From an uncultured Verrucomicrobiae bacterium (GTDB lineage Bacteria; Verrucomicrobiota; Verrucomicrobiia; Chthoniobacterales; UBA10450), in the NCBI GenBank assembly GCA_963726745.1, contig CAVSDR010000006.1, positions 224,001 through 288,000 of the forward strand: DNA of 64,000 nt, read 5' to 3'. Position 1 is the first letter of the stretch. Every line of letters starts with the position of its first letter. A program made the position numbers and the translations under genes. This document shows, piece after piece, positions 59,762 through 64,000 of this stretch. Under the pieces are notes generated by a model. The model saw nothing but the letters and a program-made list of their open reading frames with translations, was not told the origin of the DNA and made no database searches.

Positions 59762-60406
59762 CTAGGGCAAGAGTGCGCGCAGACGGCTCGCGCCCGGCGG
59801 TGGCGGCATCCGGCCGGTTAAAATAGCCGACGCTTTCACCGGCCCGCCGTAGTAGCTCCGGTTCGCGTCTTTTTGCGTGGCGATGATTGCCCCCTCGAGC
59901 GACACGCCCGCGAAAAGCCCTTTGCTCCGGCTGTAGGTATAGACCGCGGCGGTCGGGGTGACGCTGGCCTGCAAGTCGCGCCCGACTGGTCCGGCGGCCG
60001 CGCTGACATCCGCGCCCAAGGTGACGTTGCCATCGCGCGAAAAGGCGCGCACGGCTGCGGGCGTATTCAGGACAATCACGAATTGCGTGACTTGCGCGCC
60101 GGCCTGGAAGCCAAACCCAACGCCCCCGGTGCCGATGAACGACGGCCCGCTCCAGCCCTCGTTCGTGCGGGCAAGCACCACCCCCTCGCCGCCCTTCCCG
60201 CTAAAACCGAATCCGACCTTGACCACTTTCATGACCGCGAGGCCTTGAGCATTCCGCAACACTGCCGCCGGGATATCGGTCTCTGGCATGCGCTGGAAAT
60301 CGCGCAGGATGCGGGCGGATTGGTTGACCACCTCTTGCTCGCTAGAAGCGACGGCCACACTCAAGGCGCAGGCAAAGAAAGCGAAGCCGAGGAGGAAGCG
60401 TTGCAT
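59762..60406 (-). CDS. Lipid-binding SYLF/Ysc84 domain protein
   Basis: KVGFGFSGKGGEGV, WSGP, GFQAGAQ, AAAGPVGR, YSRSKGLFAGVSLEG. Confidence 0.9.
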   Translation of the reverse strand: MQRFLLGFAFFACALSVAVASSEQEVVNQSARILRDFQRMPETDIPAAVLRNAQGLAVMKVVKVGFGFSGKGGEGVVLARTNEGWSGPSFIGTGGVGFGFQAGAQVTQFVIVLNTPAAVRAFSRDGNVTLGADVSAAAGPVGRDLQASVTPTAAVYTYSRSKGLFAGVSLEGAIIATQKDANRSYYGGPVKASAILTGRMPPPPGASRLRALLP

Positions 60407-60469
60407 GCTCAGGTATCGCGGAGGTGGTTTCGCTTGGCTGTATGCGCGCCTGCTCCGAGATTGGCCGCG

Positions 60470-60946
60470 ATGGAAATGGATCCCGATGCCCACTGGATGC
60501 ACGAAGCTTTGCGCCAGGCGCAAAAAGCCTTCAAGGCTGAGGAGGTGCCAATCGGCGCGGTGGTAGTGCAGGGAAACCGCGTGATCGCGCGCGCCTACAA
60601 CCAGGTGGAGCTGTTGAAGGACGCAACCGCGCATGCCGAGATGCTCGCACTCACGCAGGCGGAAGCCGCCGTGGGCGATTGGCGGCTCAATGATTGCGAC
60701 CTCTACGTGACCAAGGAGCCGTGCCCGATGTGCGCTGGCGCACTGGTGCACACGCGGATCCGGCGGGTGATCTTCGGTTGCCCGGACGAGCGCGGGGGCG
60801 CGGCCGGGGGCCTGTTGAATCTCCTCCAGATGCCGACGCTGAATCACCGCTGCGAAATCCGGACGGGCGTCCTGGCCGAGGAATGCGCGGCATTACTCAA
60901 GAGTTTTTTCGCCGCGCGGCGGAACGGCAATGGCGGGTCAGCCTAG
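60470..60946 (+). CDS. tadA: tRNA adenosine(34) deaminase
   Basis: EVPIGAVV, DATAHAEM, YVTKEPCPMCAGA, NH, FF. Confidence 0.93.
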   Translation: MEMDPDAHWMHEALRQAQKAFKAEEVPIGAVVVQGNRVIARAYNQVELLKDATAHAEMLALTQAEAAVGDWRLNDCDLYVTKEPCPMCAGALVHTRIRRVIFGCPDERGGAAGGLLNLLQMPTLNHRCEIRTGVLAEECAALLKSFFAARRNGNGGSA

Positions 60947-61050
60947 TCGCAAGGGGGTTTCTGGAAAAGTCTTGACCGACCGGAGCCAAAAGTCCGTGAT
61001 GAGCCCTCACGCATATGTAAACCACTCAGAATCAAAAGGATCTATAGTTT

Positions 61051-64000
61051 ATGACCCCCCTCAGAATTACCATCCTCCTCACAACCGCCCTCGCCTGCCT
61101 TGGCCGGGTTCTTCTTTGCGACTGCGCCCCTTGCTGGGGCCAGAGCCCCCTCGAGATCGAATGATCCCGTATGGGAGCTGACCGCCCACACTGCCATTTC
61201 CACCTCGGGCGATTGGAAAGCGCCCGCGGACGACTATCAGGCCTTGCGGCTCAACGCGTCGGCATTGGCCCGGGTCCTGGCGAGCGCGCCGATGGAACAC
61301 GCGGGCGATCTCCGGAATAGCCCCGCGATCATCAGCCTGCCGATGCCGGATGGCTCCTTCCAACGCTTCCGCATCGAAGAGTCCTCGGTGCTGGAGGCGG
61401 ACATGGCCGCGATGTATCCGGAGATCAAAAGCTACCGCGGCCAGGGGATCGAGGATGGGACGGCGACGGTGCGGTTCGATTGGACACCGCTCGGCTTCCA
61501 CGCGCTGATTCTCTCCGCGGACGGGCGCCCGGTAAACATCCTGCCGCCTAATCGCCATGACGTCTCCACCTACGTGAGCGCCTACCACCAGGCGGTTGCC
61601 TTCGAGTGCGGCGTGCCGGCGAGCGAGACGGCCAAGCCGGAATATGTCACTCGCCGCGGCACACCCGCGCCGCGCGTCGCCGTTGGCACCAACCTGCGCA
61701 CCGAGCGCATCGCGATCGCGGCCAACTGGGAATTCTGCAACAACATCGGCGGCGACACCCTGGCCGGCTCGATCGCGGCGATTAACGCCTTCCTTAATGC
61801 CACCAACGCGATCTACGAACGCGAAATGTCCACCCACATGAACCTGGTGAACGCGCCGAACGTCATCTACGCCTCAAACAACAACGTCTGCGGGCCGGGC
61901 AACAACGTCGCCTGCACGTCGGCGAATGACCCCTACACCAACAGCGACCAGACCACGATGCTTACCGAAGTGCGGGCCGACTTGGGCAACAAAGTCGGCT
62001 CCGCCAACTTCGACCTCGGCCACGTGCTCGGCATGGGCAGCGCCGGTGTCGCCGGCCTCGGCGTGGTCTGCGACAACAGCGGCGGCGGGGCCGGACCGCA
62101 AAAAGCCGTGGGCGCTTCGCGACTCTTCACCCCGGCGGGAAACTCCAGCGCGGTCGGCCTGTGGGCCCATGAGCTCGGGCACCAGCACGGGGCGAATCAC
62201 AGCTTCAACGGCACCGGGAACATTTGCGGCGCCGCCCGCAGTGGCAGCACCGCATGGGAAGTCGGCAGCGGCAGCACGATCATGTCCTACCGGGGGAATT
62301 GCGGGCCGGACAACATCGACAGCGGCGACGACCTCCGGTTCCACAATGGCAGCTACAACGAAATGCTGACCTACCTGACTGCTTCCGGCACCTGCGCGAC
62401 TTTCCCGGCGACGGGAAACGCCATCCCCTCGGTCAATGCCGGGCCGGCACGCACGATTCCAAAGCAAACGCCGTTTACGCTCACGGCCACCGGGACGGAT
62501 GCCGACGCGGGCGACATCCCGAATTTGCGCTTCGTCTGGGAGCAACTCGACGCTGGCGGTACGCTCTATCCGAATCCGCCTTACGGCGACCAGGCGGGCG
62601 ATCCAAACACGACCACGCGGCCGCTCTTCCGCGCGTTCCCGCCCACGGCCGACAAGTCGCGCACCTTCCCGAGCCTCACTTACATTCTGAATAATGCCAA
62701 CGTGCCGCCGGCCACCATCGGCGGCCTGCAAACCGCGGAGAGTTTGCCAGCAGTTTCACGCACGATGAACTTCCGCGCGACCGTGCGCGATTACCGCACC
62801 GGCGTGAATGACAGCGCGGTCGTGATTACCGTCGACGGAAACAGCGGGCCGTTTGCGGTCACTTCGCCAAACGGCGGCGGGACGCTGAGCGGGACGCAAA
62901 ACGTCACCTGGAACGTGGCCAACACCAACGCCGGTCCGGTCAACACCGCGAACGTCAAGATCTCCCTCTCGACCGATGGCGGGAACACCTTCCCGACGGT
63001 GCTCGCGCCGAGCGTGCCGAACAACGGCACCGCCAGCGTGACCTACCCGAATGGGATCACCAGTTCCAACGCCCGGGTGAAAGTCGAAGCCGTGGGCAAT
63101 ATCTACTTCGACATTTCAGACGGCAACTTCACCGTCGTCCCGGCGGACGGTTGTCCAGCGGTGAGCAGCTACCTCCCGCAGGCGGGCAATGCCGGCACCT
63201 CCGTGTTGATTACCGGGGTGAACTTCACCGGCGTAAACGCGGTCAAATTCAACGGCACCGCCGCCGCAAGCTTCACGGTGAACAGCGCCACCAGCATCAG
63301 CGCCACCGTCCCTGCCGGCGCCACCGGAGGAAACATCACCTTGAGCAAGCCCACCTGCACCGACCTCGTGGTTGGCCCCTTCAGCATCTGCCCGAATCCG
63401 CCGGTCGCGCTCGCGGTCGATGATGGCTCGGTGGAATCGGCCAGCTCCATCGGCAATGGCGCTTATTATGTGAACCGGCTCACGCCCACGAGCTATCCCG
63501 CGACCCTGACCCGGGTCTCGATCTACTGGAACGCCTTCCAGAGTTTCCCGCCCGGCACCGCGATTAACGTCGTGGCTGGCGCCAACCCCGGCGGGACCAC
63601 GAACATAGACAACACCACCCTGCAGAGCTTTGCCGCCGCCGCCGGGGCGCAGCCTGGGTTCACGACCTTCACCCTGCCGAATCCGATCACGATCAGCGCG
63701 GGCGATTTCGTGGTCGGCTTCAACGTGCCGACCGACCCCGGTTTCGCGGTTGCGGTCGATACCGGCAGCTCGATGATGCGTTCCTACCGGTCCGGCAACG
63801 GCGTCACCTGGACCGCAGTGCCCACGGGCAATTACATGATCCGGGCCGCGCAGGTCTACAGCAACTGCAGTGCGGGCGCTCCAGTGCCCTCGCTCGTGGT
63901 ATCGCGGAAGATGCATGGCGCCACGCCGTTCGACATCCCGATCCCGGCGGAAACAGAACCGCGCAGCGGCGGCGCTACCGACGCCTACCAGCTCGTCTTC
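61051..64000 (+). CDS. Secreted reprolysin-like (M12B) metallopeptidase with Ig-like/IPT domains; frameshift near 61100; 3' end runs off the window
   Basis: Manual translation: SLPMPDGSFQRF, YPEIKSYRG, FECG cysteine switch, FDLGHV, AHELGHQHGANHSF, GSGSTIMSY Met-turn, IPKQTPFTLTA, GPFAVTSPN, then an IPT/TIG-like ITGVNFTG segment. Confidence 0.85.

Overview
GC-rich (roughly 65% by eye) bacterial chromosomal window, most likely Verrucomicrobiota of the Chthoniobacterales/Spartobacteria type. That assignment is inferred from PEP-CTERM proteins, a prepilin-type gene and the Ig-rich secreted proteins. It holds about 65 densely packed genes: housekeeping (purH, purS, purQ, ruvB, xseA, glgB, cysE, cysteine desulfurase, prfB with its programmed frameshift, ftsB, eno, fabI, bioD, tyrS, tadA, trmB, msrA), comEC, a C30-carotenoid cluster lacking crtM, split LigD, a CADD-like enzyme, a phosphodiesterase-TPR-sulfotransferase fusion divergent from a PEP-CTERM gene, and secreted metalloproteases. 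I saw no rRNA, tRNA, CRISPR array or transposase. About a dozen genes carry small frameshifts that look like long-read assembly errors. The most striking unexplained signal is at DNA level: two related TAG-core words are highly iterated on both strands. Motif A, CTCGTTAGGC, has 25 exact and 18 one-mismatch copies counted by hand. Motif B, WWWTAGCCRRC, has about 35 copies. They sit in several reading frames through rare TTA/ATA/CTA codons, sit on stop codons, and once form an inverted pair in a terminator-like hairpin. This pattern resembles DNA uptake sequences (DUS/USS), a possibility that needs independent testing. An intergenic TGACAC array in front of a sigma54-type promoter is a second unexplained regulatory structure.
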